A stretch of DNA of 64,000 nucleotides from an uncultured virus (IMG/VR IMGVR_UViG_3300018915_000003) (IMGVR_UViG_3300018915_000003); one strand, 5' to 3'. Shown: positions 8,826-19,274, counted from the stretch's first letter. The notes: generated by a model from the letters alone, not told the origin. A program made the numbers and translations.

Positions 8826-10823
8826 CTATGGGTTAATCGGTGCTATAATCTCTCTCACCGACCAGAACTTGAACCTAACTCTCGAGCCCTGCGCCCTTAT
8901 GGCACAGTTGTTTGGCCCCTGTCCGCCTAGCCCTGACCCGCCTGGGCGTGAGATGATATCTGTCACCTTGCGCTTCATGTTTTTCTTTGTGTCAACACTG
9001 ACTGCGTATTCTTTGCAGATGTCGTCGAAGTCCTTCCTCTGTTTTGTGTCTCTGAGCGTCCAACCTCCTCTGTCTATCACACGGGAGACCATGCGCCATC
9101 TGTTAGTGATTGCTAGCCTTCCCTGTGAGTCTGTGCAGTTGTCATCGAGGTATGTCTCAATGACAACGTAGACGGGCCCCTCATCCTCTTCCTGCCAGTT
9201 ATACATGACTTGCTTCAACCCTATCCATCTGCCCTGGACTGAGACGCCGCCAGTAGCGGCATTCTCACCCATGTCGACTCCAACGATCTGCTCTGCTATC
9301 TCCTTGACTGCTGTGACCTTGCCGTCGGTGTATAATCGTGACTTGTAGCATGCGCTCTCACATGGACGTTCCTTGAGGTGTTCGCCTCCCCTTGCAGAGA
9401 ACTGGACAGCATACTTTTCTGGAGTGCCTGAGAACTTGGCACCATCGACGTCGCCCTCATAGTAAAAGAATGCAGTCTGCTCTGTGTTGAGCCACTTCCT
9501 GTCTGGTAATGAGGTTATCCACAACCTGCCATCCTCCAGAATAAAGTCACCATCTCTTGTTTTGATGACGTTGCCATATTTTATGAGGCGGGCTTCGTTG
9601 TCCCATGTACCTGAGTCGAAGTAGAAGGACTGGGCTCTGTTGGTCGCCATGTTATCTTGATGTATCTTCTTGATGCCCCATTGGTCATAATCTTGTGGTG
9701 AGTCGACTCGCACATCCCTATCTTCGGGTGCTGGGATGCTGTGAGGCCCTCCATGTAGCAATGGACTTTCAACCAGGCTGTTTGGGTCTGTCTGTTGCAG
9801 CTGACTGTGTGCTATGAGGCTCCGCTGGTTGGCTATGACCCGCCTGGTTCGCTCTGGCAGATCACGCATCTCACCCTCACTGATTCCGACCAATGTCCTG
9901 ACTGTGGGTTCTAAAAGTGCAGAGAGGAATGAGAAGGGGCCAGGTGGGACTTCGGTTGCCCTGTGGTCACCCGCGTCCGTGTGCACGTAGACATAACCGA
10001 ATGCATGCTCGTTGCCCACGGCCTCCATGATGAAGTTGCCCAGGTCGGTGACCGCGGCGGAGTCGACGCCTGTGGCGATAATGCCGAAGCGGGAGCGCGG
10101 GTGGTTACTCATCCAGGGCTTCTTAATCTGGCTGGCTGGGACTGGTATACCCTTGCCCCTGTAGGAGAGTATGACATCAATATCCGTGTCTGCCAGGTAA
10201 CTCTCGCCGTCGAAGCCGTAACCCTCACCATTGGGCCCCACTGGCCCTCCTACCGTAAAGGAGCAGCCCAAATCATATTTGGCATAACTATCTAGAACTC
10301 TAAAGAATGCCGAGTCTGCGGCTGTCAAGGTCATCTTGTCAAAGAAGAAGCCATCAATCTCAGGATACCATGTCTTCCAGTTGGACATAGCGGTCATTAT
10401 CTCGTTCTGTTGTCCCATCATGGTATTGACATATGATATGACGGTAGCCCCGTTTGCCTTCAATAAGCGGATGCCGTTGCGGAGATTGTTGTCAACTCCA
10501 ACACCTGGCCCACCACTGACGTCCACTATTGCAACAAGGTGGAGCCCTCTGTCCCGGTAGTTATTCGATATAATTGCAAAGTGCATCCAGTCGGCACTGT
10601 TTGGGTGCACATAGAGGGGCACGATAACCCCAAGCGTCATGTCTTCCATGCCCCGGACTCTTGGAGCATTGTCGCCTACTGCGGGCGGCTCAACTAGTGG
10701 CACTTTCTTCCCAGTTAACTCGGCTTCGAGCCAGTAACTCTGGCCTGGGAGTTTGATTGCTATCCTTACATTCGTATAATCTTGTATAGCCATTTTTGTT
10801 TGATACAATGACTCGGTGGGCAT
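8826..10823 (-). CDS. Spherulin-4 (GH135-like) domain fused to an uncharacterised RGGxH...C domain
   Basis: IVPLYVHP, GGPG, SYVNT and IDGFFFD motifs; the C-terminal domain DQWGIKKI...WLNTE...RGGEH...CE..CYK is paralogous to domains in 14005-17442. Confidence 0.8.
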   Translation of the reverse strand: MPTESLYQTKMAIQDYTNVRIAIKLPGQSYWLEAELTGKKVPLVEPPAVGDNAPRVRGMEDMTLGVIVPLYVHPNSADWMHFAIISNNYRDRGLHLVAIVDVSGGPGVGVDNNLRNGIRLLKANGATVISYVNTMMGQQNEIMTAMSNWKTWYPEIDGFFFDKMTLTAADSAFFRVLDSYAKYDLGCSFTVGGPVGPNGEGYGFDGESYLADTDIDVILSYRGKGIPVPASQIKKPWMSNHPRSRFGIIATGVDSAAVTDLGNFIMEAVGNEHAFGYVYVHTDAGDHRATEVPPGPFSFLSALLEPTVRTLVGISEGEMRDLPERTRRVIANQRSLIAHSQLQQTDPNSLVESPLLHGGPHSIPAPEDRDVRVDSPQDYDQWGIKKIHQDNMATNRAQSFYFDSGTWDNEARLIKYGNVIKTRDGDFILEDGRLWITSLPDRKWLNTEQTAFFYYEGDVDGAKFSGTPEKYAVQFSARGGEHLKERPCESACYKSRLYTDGKVTAVKEIAEQIVGVDMGENAATGGVSVQGRWIGLKQVMYNWQEEDEGPVYVVIETYLDDNCTDSQGRLAITNRWRMVSRVIDRGGWTLRDTKQRKDFDDICKEYAVSVDTKKNMKRKVTDIISRPGGSGLGGQGPNNCAIRAQGSRVRFKFWSVREIIAPINP

Positions 10824-10903
10824 TGCTAGATATAAATAATTATATTGTGACTACAAGGAAAATATTATAATGACCTAGTGCTGACGTATACAGTAGTGAC
10901 GTT

Positions 10904-11608
10904 ATGGCTCGTGCCTCTATTGCTGCAAAAGACCTCAAGAACTTTGGCGAGAGATGCGCGACTTTACATGAGCAACTTTCAAATTATTCCGAGACTATCA
11001 ATAAAATTGCAGAGAAGCAAGCTATGTACAACCCTAAATCTACCACTATTCTTAGGAGGCAGAAACAAATGGGCTTAGGAACTTCACGCCTGATCTTCCA
11101 TCATAACATGCAGAAACTCAAGGATCGAGCTGATGAGCATGGTGGTATCTTCCGCGAGTATATCATTCCAAAACTGAGCGACTCCAGTTCTGGCCCCTGG
11201 GTCGTTGAGTATAATGATGGTGTTGTCATGCGATATGATTATGACGGTGGTGATATTATTACAGAAGGCCCATATTACATTGAAAAGAAAAAGCCGGGCG
11301 GTAAGTGGACACATGCCCGTCGTAGCCATAATGAGACAACAGGAGAAGACTCAATCCTTAGACATGAGAAACAGGAAAGTAGATGGACAAGACTGATACA
11401 TATGTTTGATAAGTGTCTGAGATGTGAGTCTGTTTGCATTGATGGTCATTGCTTTACCTGCGAGAAGGCCGAGAAGATAATCAACAACCCCGACTTAAGG
11501 CAGGTCTATGTGTTTGATACAGAAGAAGAAGATCCATTATTGAAAAAATGGCATAAACTGATACGGGCGATTAACGCTTTTCAAAAAGAAAGAGAAGGAG
11601 AGGGGTAA
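10904..11608 (+). CDS. hypothetical protein with a Cys cluster
   Basis: 234-aa ORF, CLRC...C...CFTC. Confidence 0.7.
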   Translation: MARASIAAKDLKNFGERCATLHEQLSNYSETINKIAEKQAMYNPKSTTILRRQKQMGLGTSRLIFHHNMQKLKDRADEHGGIFREYIIPKLSDSSSGPWVVEYNDGVVMRYDYDGGDIITEGPYYIEKKKPGGKWTHARRSHNETTGEDSILRHEKQESRWTRLIHMFDKCLRCESVCIDGHCFTCEKAEKIINNPDLRQVYVFDTEEEDPLLKKWHKLIRAINAFQKEREGEG

Positions 11609-11609
11609 A

Positions 11610-11918
11610 TCAACGGGTCTCCCAGCAGTTCATCCAGCTTGTCACAAACCCATCATTGTTACGAGATGTTGGTATGCAGCCGTTTGCTATCATCTCGTTG
11701 TCTTCTGCAATCTCTCTCTCATGCCAAGCCTTACCTGCGGAGTGTAGCCCTAACATGAGCAACACCACAGCCACCAGAATCACAATCGAGTAGCCGATGA
11801 ATTTTATGATGCGCCATCTGGTCTCTTGGCGATCAATCTCCTCTTTCTCTCTCCTCCAACGCTCCTCATCCTCAGATGTGCGCCTGCGCGCTGAACCGTA
11901 GCCCTTAGGCAGGGTCAT
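11610..11918 (-). CDS. single-pass membrane protein
   Basis: Hydrophobic FIGYSIVILVAVVLLMLGL. Confidence 0.7.
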   Translation of the reverse strand: MTLPKGYGSARRRTSEDEERWRREKEEIDRQETRWRIIKFIGYSIVILVAVVLLMLGLHSAGKAWHEREIAEDNEMIANGCIPTSRNNDGFVTSWMNCWETR

Positions 11919-11922
11919 TTAA

Positions 11923-12384
11923 TCAGTAGCCTACCTCCTTCTCCTTCTTATTCTCCTCCTCTTTATAATCCTGCCAGCTACGTTCTGGGTCTTTCTGGTC
12001 ATCACACACTTCTAACTTGTCTAGCACTCCCAAGACGACAATAGCCTCCTCCTCAGTTAGGTCAGTAGCAAGCACTGTCCTCTTGTATTTCCTTGCCCGC
12101 TTCGCTGTTGGGGATTTGTTGGGAGTAAATGCCACCAGGCTAGCTCTGCCGTTGGTGATCTTGGTGAATTGTAACCTGAGCCCTGTGTCATTCATGACCT
12201 TGAACAACAGGTTAAACGTGTCCTGCGAGAAGGCTCTGATCTCCCTGTCATTATTATTGTTGTTGCTATCGTGGGCCAATCTGCCCTCCTCATAACTCTG
12301 CGTTAATTCCTCATCATAACTCAATGTTTTCATTGTTCTTGACTCTATACCCTCCTCTGTGACTGTGTCTTTAATACTTTGCAA
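11923..12384 (-). CDS. hypothetical protein
   Basis: Operonic ORF. Confidence 0.65.
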   Translation of the reverse strand: MQSIKDTVTEEGIESRTMKTLSYDEELTQSYEEGRLAHDSNNNNNDREIRAFSQDTFNLLFKVMNDTGLRLQFTKITNGRASLVAFTPNKSPTAKRARKYKRTVLATDLTEEEAIVVLGVLDKLEVCDDQKDPERSWQDYKEEENKKEKEVGY

Positions 12385-12672
12385 TTAGAGAGCCCCCTTT
12401 CCCATACGCTCCAACATATCGATGATTGCCTTGCGTTCCTTGATATTGTCCTCCAAGGTACGCATGCATTCAATCTGTTCTTGGATAGAGAGCTGACCTT
12501 CATGCAATTGGTATTGCAATTCGATAGACTCAGATACCAGTTTCATGTATCTGACAAGAATATCGCCGTCATCCTTCGGTATCCAGTTCCATGACTTCAC
12601 GACCTTGTCCATAAAGCCCTCCTCTGTGTGGTGCTCCTCGCGTTTGGCGTCTCTATCATCCCAGCGACCCAT
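12385..12672 (-). CDS. coiled-coil hypothetical protein
   Basis: Stop/start coupling with both neighbours. Confidence 0.65.
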   Translation of the reverse strand: MGRWDDRDAKREEHHTEEGFMDKVVKSWNWIPKDDGDILVRYMKLVSESIELQYQLHEGQLSIQEQIECMRTLEDNIKERKAIIDMLERMGKGAL

Positions 12673-12905
12673 TAGTTGACCCCTCCACTCCTACTGCTGA
12701 ATCTTAAGCCCGTAAATTTGATGTTGCCACCACTCTTTGCGCACATCTTTGCCTTCGCCTCAAGTGCCATGTCCGCATGGCAATCTCCACACCTGTAGAC
12801 CAGTTTGTCCTTCCGTGGGTGGTCGATTACCTGCCTAGCCATACGTTCCGACACCTTCTTCAGCTCTCCACATCCGATGCATTTCAGATAAATTTCGACT
12901 GTCAT
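12672..12905 (-). CDS. small Zn-ribbon protein
   Basis: CIGC...CGDC; downstream of TATATATA at ~12943. Confidence 0.65.
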   Translation of the reverse strand: MTVEIYLKCIGCGELKKVSERMARQVIDHPRKDKLVYRCGDCHADMALEAKAKMCAKSGGNIKFTGLRFSSRSGGVN

Positions 12906-13041
12906 TTTTGCTATCTTCTCTGTCTACCCTATACCTCTAGAGTATATATATGTATGCATCTTGCTATACCTCCATATACATAGATATATATATTGAGTTG
13001 TTGTAGGATAGACAGGAAAAGTGAGGGAGATGTGAAATAAA

Positions 13042-13188
13042 ATGATTGATGAAGAAACCGAGGAAGCAGTGAAGCAGGCTATCAAACAAGCCAAGAGTCA
13101 GGCTAGAGCGCAGGGTCTGAAGCTGGACAAGCGGCACAAAAAGATAATACGGGAAGCAGTACTCAAGGAGATGTCGGTGGCCAAATAA
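13042..13188 (+). CDS. 48-aa basic helical protein missed by the ORF track (MIDEETEEAVKQ...)
   Basis: Translated by hand; downstream of a TATA-rich promoter. Confidence 0.5.
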   Translation: MIDEETEEAVKQAIKQAKSQARAQGLKLDKRHKKIIREAVLKEMSVAK

Positions 13189-13203
13189 GGAGGAAGCTAA
13201 TGA

Positions 13204-13443
13204 TTGACCCATAAGTATCGGTATGTAGGGCACTGTGTTATTTGCCTCAAGATCCATGGCGAAGCCGTGGCTGTGCAGAAGGGCAAGCGTGACCATGAGC
13301 GTTATTGTGTGAAAAGGGGGCATAAGGTCTCAGGGCGGAGTAATGATATACACCTTATCGAAGAGCACCGCCGGGCCAGGGAGTGCGACAAGACTTCAAA
13401 GAAAGCCATACAACCATGGGAAATGATCAATCCGCGGAGATGA
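13204..13443 (+). CDS. small Cys/His Zn-finger protein
   Basis: CVIC...H...H; preceded by AGGAGG. Confidence 0.6.
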   Translation: MTHKYRYVGHCVICLKIHGEAVAVQKGKRDHERYCVKRGHKVSGRSNDIHLIEEHRRARECDKTSKKAIQPWEMINPRR

Positions 13444-13464
13444 TTGAGCTCTTTGCCCCCATGC

Positions 13465-13503
13465 TTGTATACCTGCATGCATATGTATGCATACGTATAT
13501 ATA
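13465..13503 (+). promoter_or_regulatory. conserved 39-bp promoter/operator element, copy 1
   Basis: 35/39 identical to 18857-18895; ends in TATATATA about 23 nt before an ATG. Confidence 0.75.
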
Positions 13504-13525
13504 GGGTGCAGTATAAGGTATAGGT

Positions 13526-13699
13526 ATGAATCAGAGAAAAACAGTCGAATTTAACGGCGTGATGTTGACAAGGAAGGAATACAAAGCACTTCCAGTCTGC
13601 GAGATGCACATGGGTAAGGCGTTGAACGTGTATGCAATGGGTGGAGCTTTTGTCTGCAAGAGCTGCATCCAGCACAAAGGGTTAGAGGTGTCAGCATAA
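13526..13699 (+). CDS. 57-aa Zn-finger protein missed by the ORF track (MNQRKTVEFNG...CEMH...CKSC)
   Basis: Translated by hand; leaderless spacing from the TATA box. Confidence 0.6.
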   Translation: MNQRKTVEFNGVMLTRKEYKALPVCEMHMGKALNVYAMGGAFVCKSCIQHKGLEVSA

Positions 13700-13700
13700 A

Positions 13701-13991
13701 ATGACCGCCTCAACACCAACACCAACACCGAACAACAAGACCACGACTACGAGGAGGGTAGTGGAAAAACAACCGTCAGCAGGTAGAAGGGCATTGAAGG
13801 TCGTAGGATATGTCTGGCTATGTTTCAGTTTGTTAATTGGTGCGATGGTCTTCATCGTAGCCATGAATAACAACTCACCTGTCACAGTGTTCATAGTCCC
13901 CCTCATCATGATACTCGTGAGCATTCCAATGATCAGAGCGGGCAGAGTAAAAACAGAGGTCTTCTATGAAAGCAAAGAAGAGGGAGTTTAG
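13701..13991 (+). CDS. two-pass membrane protein
   Basis: Two hydrophobic segments. Confidence 0.7.
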   Translation: MTASTPTPTPNNKTTTTRRVVEKQPSAGRRALKVVGYVWLCFSLLIGAMVFIVAMNNNSPVTVFIVPLIMILVSIPMIRAGRVKTEVFYESKEEGV

Positions 13992-14004
13992 GAATTTTTT
14001 CAGT

Positions 14005-17000
14005 TTAAGGGAAGGGCATCGGCGTCGGGCCCAATACGGTGGTAGCTAAGGGGCCGACGTGGGCATGTTTTATTCTGAGTTTGGGCTTTGGCTCACTGGC
14101 ATCATAGTATTGGTCGCAGCCACAGTCGGCTCTGGCATCTCTGTCTTGCCCATCAATGTCAACAGTCGTGTGGGCACTGAGCGGGTTTGTGCTTGTGGAG
14201 ACTTTGCCATATGCAGCTGATGTCGTGTCTGCTATTCTGTGGACGCTATCGGTTTCTTTGATGAGACCTGGGTCTTGTGCTGTGTAATGAGTGTTTGCTG
14301 TCAGGTCGCCGTATGTTGCTGTACCTGTGGCGTGGAGGATGTTGGTGTTGATTGTGTTATCTGCAACCGTCGACCCGTTCATGAAGTCGAACAAGACACC
14401 TGCAGAAGCCTTGATGATGTTGCCCCTGAAGATTGTCTTCTCGGGTGCTAGTGATCCTCCAGGGTAACCGCCCCAACCCACGACGGGGGTGGCTGTGCCT
14501 GTTCCGTTCTCGATTGTGTTAAAGACTATGACGTTATTGTCGACTCTTTCGTAGTTGGCTCCTTGTGCGGTTGGACGGTCTACATCTCCCATTGTGAGTA
14601 TCATAGGCTTGCGGGCTGCTGTTGTGTTGGAGTTCTGTGTCACATAGTTATTCGCTACCAGGTTGTCAGCGCCTCCAATACGGATGCCTCCTGAGTTGTT
14701 GAAGAAGTTGCCCAGGACTTTATTCGTGTCACCGTGTCTGAGGGTAAACGAGGAATCACTATTCGCAAATGCGTTGTTATAGAACACATTCCTGCATGAC
14801 TTGACAGACCACGTCTCTCCGTCACCATTGGCCTCTTCTGTGTAGTTGTAAGCCCATACGGTGCGGAAGTTATTCCTGCAAAGGGAAGACACACCCACAA
14901 TCACGGCCTCACCTGAGTCAGCTGCCGGTGCTGTGTGGTTGGTGAACCTGTTGTATAGGAAGAAAGTCTCGTTGCCTACTGCCACATGGTTGTCCCACAC
15001 ACAGTCAATGAATCCTCCCTCGGTGGTCTTGTTGCGGAAGTGATTATGGTCTATCGTACAGCGTGTGATGTTGTTGATGTCGAGCCAGTGGATTCTAGTG
15101 GTACCTTCTGCGAGCTGGATGTCGTTCCTTGCGAAACGCATGCGGTCGCAACCACTCTGCATCTCGATGTTATCACCGTGTCTGTGGTTGAACCCGAACC
15201 AGACAAAGTTGTCGCAGTTTGAGAACGTGATGCCGCCTGTGCCTCCTATCGTTGCTCCGCCTACGGTCTGAGCCCGCACGATAATGGGGTTGGCTGCAGT
15301 GCCTGACCTTGTTATTGTCCTAGTCGAGCTGTTGTTGTAGGCTGTGGTATTGTTAACGAGGATAATCTCATCTCCCGGATCAGCAGTGGCTATCGCATCC
15401 CAGAAGCCAGTCATGCTTGAGAAGCTTCTAGTCCTGAGTATACCCGATTTGTCCAGGTCATCATTCGGGTCAGTCGATGACGGCGGTGGGGGAGGTGGAG
15501 GTGGAGGAGTCGGGCTCGGAGGTGGGGGAGGTGGAGGTGGACTCGGCTCTGGTGGTGGGGGAGGTGGTGGACTGGGGCCAGGTGGTGGTGGTGGAGGTGG
15601 TGGTGGAGGTATAGGTGGATCACCTGAACAATGTCCTGGCGAAGGTGGTGGTGGTGGACTGACTGGTACTGATCCAGAGTCTATCTCACGGACTGAGAAC
15701 CATTTGAAGTCGACGTCGGTGAAGCCCACCCACTGGAAGACCACAACGGGGCCGCCCCACGTGACCATCTGGTCGGCTGCACCGTTACATGTGCCACCTT
15801 GTGAACCCCAACCACCTGTGTCTGCGGCCTCATCATATCTGACCCAGTTGTTATTGTTGTTCGGGTCGAGCCATATCTCCATACGAGTGACCACCGCATT
15901 GTTGACCACTGTGTTAAAAACGATAAACTTGATGCCTACCCAATTGCCTATAATGTTGCCGATACCTGTCTGGCTCGCTGTCGATGCGTTGTGGATGTGC
16001 CACTGTTCTTTAACGAAACGAGTGGCGCCGTTTGTGCCAAGCTCTCCCCTGAGAGATACACCCTCACAGTTAGGAGGTTGTCCCTTATGCTGGCCGCCTC
16101 TGGCTCCCCATGAGAACTCGCTTGCGTAGGCTGCCGCATTGATCTTGACATAGCCTGTGATTTCGATGTTGCGCCAATCATTGCTATCCTGCATATAGCC
16201 CCTGGTATGACATTGGGTATGGTTCTTGCTGTTTGCGTCTGTGGTGGAGGCGTTGTATCCGTTGACTGTGTTGTAGGCATACATGGCCACCGTTGTGGTA
16301 TCGGTCACCTTCACCTTCCACGTGTTATCCGGGTTACGGGTGACGGGTGTATTGGTTGTGAATCTGTTAGGAAATGTGTTAGGGTCATCCATGGTCATGT
16401 ACCACTGCCTGTTATTAGGCGAAGGCATTGTCTTGTAGATTTTCTTGACACCGAACACGTCCACCGTTGAGTCATCTGTGCCTGGAGCTGGAGGTGGTGG
16501 AGGTGTAGGGCTAGGTGGTGGAGGTGTCGGAGTTGGTGAAGGTGGAGGTGGTGGAGGTGTAGAGCCACCTGGAGCCGGCCCGTTGCCCTTGAAGGCGGGG
16601 TCAATTTCTCTGCCTGAGAAATACTTCCATCTGATGGTGACGCCGTCAGTCCTGAGGGCTACCAGATTCCTGTTAAAGTTGGCATGACCTGATCTGGTAT
16701 TGCCTCCTGCTGTGCGGAGAATCTCATCCCTCGCTCTACCACAACCGTTGCAGTCCGTGCCGAAGGAATCTTCACCTGCGTACCAACCACCTCTATCAGT
16801 ATAGACTGAAGTTAGTACCCAGTTATTCTTGATGACAAGATTGCCGTTGCCGTCTGAGCAGTTGGTATCGACATAAATCTCGAGACGTGGGTATAATGTG
16901 CCATTCTCATTAATGTTATACATGACCAATTTGGTGCCGTGCCAAGTGCCGTTGCCGAAGCCACCCGATACGCCTGCGATGCCAGTCTTGCGGCCTTCGT

Positions 17001-17442
17001 TACTGGCATAGGAAGAATGGCAGACCTCCTTTGTGACGGCAGTCTCTGCAGAACTGTCTATAAATCTGGCCTTGTAGGCTGACCCTTCACAGGGATAATT
17101 GCCAGAGTGGTGTCCTCCCCTGGAATATAATTGCCATGCGTAAGAAGCTGAACCTGCGGTAATCTTGCAATAAGCGGTTATCTCTACGTTAAGCCAGCGA
17201 GCATTCCTTCGCTGGGTAGTATCAGAATAAGCGGGAGACCATAATTCGACTCTAAGCTGACCGTTGCTGCCACCAGTTCCCTGCCAGCTGCCGTCAGAGG
17301 CTTTGGTTACACCTTCACCGTCGACGTTCTGGATTCTGGGGTCGGAGAGGGAATCCATAGACATGAAATATTCCTCGCCTCCGGCCTTGGTATGGTACAT
17401 CTTGTTGATGCCCCACTTGTCCACCGCATAAGTGGAGGACAC
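14005..17442 (-). CDS. multidomain glycan-active protein: two RGGxH...CEG domains, polyproline linkers, C-terminal PL6/chondroitinase B-like beta-helix
   Basis: C-terminus has ADPGDEIIL, GTAANPIIVRAQTVGG, IDHNHF, GE..SVKS..N, TLRHG..N.V.GNFF and GGIRI, typical of PL6 lyases. Confidence 0.85.
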   Translation of the reverse strand: MSSTYAVDKWGINKMYHTKAGGEEYFMSMDSLSDPRIQNVDGEGVTKASDGSWQGTGGSNGQLRVELWSPAYSDTTQRRNARWLNVEITAYCKITAGSASYAWQLYSRGGHHSGNYPCEGSAYKARFIDSSAETAVTKEVCHSSYASNEGRKTGIAGVSGGFGNGTWHGTKLVMYNINENGTLYPRLEIYVDTNCSDGNGNLVIKNNWVLTSVYTDRGGWYAGEDSFGTDCNGCGRARDEILRTAGGNTRSGHANFNRNLVALRTDGVTIRWKYFSGREIDPAFKGNGPAPGGSTPPPPPPSPTPTPPPPSPTPPPPPAPGTDDSTVDVFGVKKIYKTMPSPNNRQWYMTMDDPNTFPNRFTTNTPVTRNPDNTWKVKVTDTTTVAMYAYNTVNGYNASTTDANSKNHTQCHTRGYMQDSNDWRNIEITGYVKINAAAYASEFSWGARGGQHKGQPPNCEGVSLRGELGTNGATRFVKEQWHIHNASTASQTGIGNIIGNWVGIKFIVFNTVVNNAVVTRMEIWLDPNNNNNWVRYDEAADTGGWGSQGGTCNGAADQMVTWGGPVVVFQWVGFTDVDFKWFSVREIDSGSVPVSPPPPPSPGHCSGDPPIPPPPPPPPPPGPSPPPPPPPEPSPPPPPPPPSPTPPPPPPPPPSSTDPNDDLDKSGILRTRSFSSMTGFWDAIATADPGDEIILVNNTTAYNNSSTRTITRSGTAANPIIVRAQTVGGATIGGTGGITFSNCDNFVWFGFNHRHGDNIEMQSGCDRMRFARNDIQLAEGTTRIHWLDINNITRCTIDHNHFRNKTTEGGFIDCVWDNHVAVGNETFFLYNRFTNHTAPAADSGEAVIVGVSSLCRNNFRTVWAYNYTEEANGDGETWSVKSCRNVFYNNAFANSDSSFTLRHGDTNKVLGNFFNNSGGIRIGGADNLVANNYVTQNSNTTAARKPMILTMGDVDRPTAQGANYERVDNNVIVFNTIENGTGTATPVVGWGGYPGGSLAPEKTIFRGNIIKASAGVLFDFMNGSTVADNTINTNILHATGTATYGDLTANTHYTAQDPGLIKETDSVHRIADTTSAAYGKVSTSTNPLSAHTTVDIDGQDRDARADCGCDQYYDASEPKPKLRIKHAHVGPLATTVLGPTPMPFP

Positions 17443-17452
17443 GGATTATCGA

Positions 17453-18208
17453 CTAGTCCCTAGTCTGCTGTAAAGTATTGAGCTGAACGACAAGATCTAT
17501 GAAGTAATTGGGCAAACCTGCATTATACGAACCACTCCCAGAACTTACATAAACCCAGTTCACGTATTGCGTAACCTGAGCCAACCAGGCACGGTCGAGG
17601 AAAGGGGCCGAGTGAACCAACACGCCGAGCAGTCTATTGCTCACGTTCTGGTATTGCAGATATTTGGAATCCACGACATCGTAGCCAGCGGAGTCTTTGA
17701 TAATGAAGACATCGGGGAGTTTGGTGTCCTCGAGCAGTTCCTTCGGCATGGGCCTGCCGACATTGCCCACGGCCATAGAGAATTGAGAGTTTTTCCTCAC
17801 GTATTGATATAACTCCCTGTAGAAGTCGGCATCTGATACTTGGTTGGACATGTTATCGAAGAAGATACCATCAATCTCGTGGTCACCCGTGCCAAAAGCG
17901 GACTGCCAGGTGTGGGCTATTGGTTGTAATTCATGAATCTGTACACTAGCAAAGTTTGTGTCCATGCGGCCCAGGGTCACGATGTCGGCCTTGTTGAGTT
18001 GTGTGACAAGGGAGCGCCAGGAGTCAGCGTCGGGTCGGGAGTGAATGACCGACAGAGCCGCTACCTCGGGGAGGACAACCATCATATCCACGTTGGGATA
18101 TGTCCTCTTTGTTTGAATTAAATCAGTCCAGGTACGTGTGTCAGTGCTGGGCCAGTAGGCCGGTATTATGCATCCGAGTTCAAAGCCACCATCATTATGT
18201 AATGCCAT
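17453..18208 (-). CDS. Spherulin-4 family (GH135-like) protein
   Basis: IIPAYWP, LGRMDTNFA, IDGIFFDNM and VGNVG motifs. Confidence 0.8.
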   Translation of the reverse strand: MALHNDGGFELGCIIPAYWPSTDTRTWTDLIQTKRTYPNVDMMVVLPEVAALSVIHSRPDADSWRSLVTQLNKADIVTLGRMDTNFASVQIHELQPIAHTWQSAFGTGDHEIDGIFFDNMSNQVSDADFYRELYQYVRKNSQFSMAVGNVGRPMPKELLEDTKLPDVFIIKDSAGYDVVDSKYLQYQNVSNRLLGVLVHSAPFLDRAWLAQVTQYVNWVYVSSGSGSYNAGLPNYFIDLVVQLNTLQQTRD

Positions 18209-18285
18209 TTTATTATATTGATACTCCGTTGAGGTTAGTAATAATAATATACTTCCTCAGACGGATAACAAGAGCTTAAGGAATA

Positions 18286-18816
18286 ATGTACAGAAAGGCG
18301 ATAGTATCAATAGCAACACAGCCAACGCTACCCTCTTCTAATTTGAATCCGCAGGAGACGGATGTCATAGACAGAAGTGGCAAGAAATACCAACACCGCA
18401 ACACGAGCAAATTCACCAACAGAGACAGTTTGGATATTATGGTTCAGATTCTGGACTTTGTATCGAACAAGAATCAGATGACAAACAGAGAACGCCCATC
18501 ATCAACCTACAATCACACCAAATACGAATCCATACAACACAATACGGATACACGTGTTTCGTGGACGATAGTTAGCTGGTTAAGGCTCAATGTAAACCTG
18601 AGCAATGCATTGATGAAACAATATATCTCAGACCTTGTCAGGCTTGGGCTTGTCAGGATGGAGGAACGCGAGCTTAAACGTATGGGAAAGAGCAAAAAGT
18701 CCACCACCAAACCGAAGAAATGGCAGTTGGTAATAACAGAGAAGGGCGAGAAGTTCCAGGAACTTGCTCACGGCATGCAAGACATGGTTAACTGTGTCCC
18801 TCACTCACGAGAATAG
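18286..18816 (+). CDS. winged helix-turn-helix transcriptional regulator (archaeal type)
   Basis: RDSLDIMVQIL...NLSNALMKQYISDLVRLGLV...ITEKGEKF. Confidence 0.8.
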   Translation: MYRKAIVSIATQPTLPSSNLNPQETDVIDRSGKKYQHRNTSKFTNRDSLDIMVQILDFVSNKNQMTNRERPSSTYNHTKYESIQHNTDTRVSWTIVSWLRLNVNLSNALMKQYISDLVRLGLVRMEERELKRMGKSKKSTTKPKKWQLVITEKGEKFQELAHGMQDMVNCVPHSRE

Positions 18817-18856
18817 TACAAAATATTAATCTCCCTCCCCTTTTTTCTTTCTTTTA

Positions 18857-18895
18857 TTGTATACATCCATGCATACATATGCATACGTATATATA
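18857..18895 (+). promoter_or_regulatory. conserved 39-bp promoter/operator element, copy 2
   Basis: 35/39 identical to 13465-13503; ATG at 18920. Confidence 0.75.
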
Positions 18896-18919
18896 TTGTA
18901 GAGGATAGAGTAGGAGTAT

Positions 18920-19066
18920 ATGACTCAAAGATTAAGTGATGACGGGAACACCATGATACTGAAGTGCGACCAGTGTGGTAGAGAACAAGTGTTGGGTGAC
19001 GTTCTCAAGAATGTCGAGTGTGGTTACTGCGACGGTGTGTTATTGTGGGATGTGGAGGATTGCTAA
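18920..19066 (+). CDS. 48-aa Zn-ribbon protein missed by the ORF track (MTQRLSDDG...CDQC...CGYC)
   Basis: Translated by hand. Confidence 0.65.
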   Translation: MTQRLSDDGNTMILKCDQCGREQVLGDVLKNVECGYCDGVLLWDVEDC

Positions 19067-19067
19067 A

Positions 19068-19274
19068 TTGACATTACAACCACGAGAATACATCTGCTCA
19101 GACTGTGGCAACACAATCCCAGAAGACATGGACATGTGGGACACGAGCAAAGACCAAGACAAAAGCGAGTTCACATGTGAGCCCTGCTACATGCGTCAAG
19201 GATGTGAACTGATGGAAGCACAGGTCACAAAGATTGAGACAGAGGTCGAGATGCACAGGTTAGGGGAGGAATAA
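19068..19274 (+). CDS. small Zn-finger protein
   Basis: CSDC...CEPC; start moved to TTG 19068. Confidence 0.65.
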   Translation: MTLQPREYICSDCGNTIPEDMDMWDTSKDQDKSEFTCEPCYMRQGCELMEAQVTKIETEVEMHRLGEE

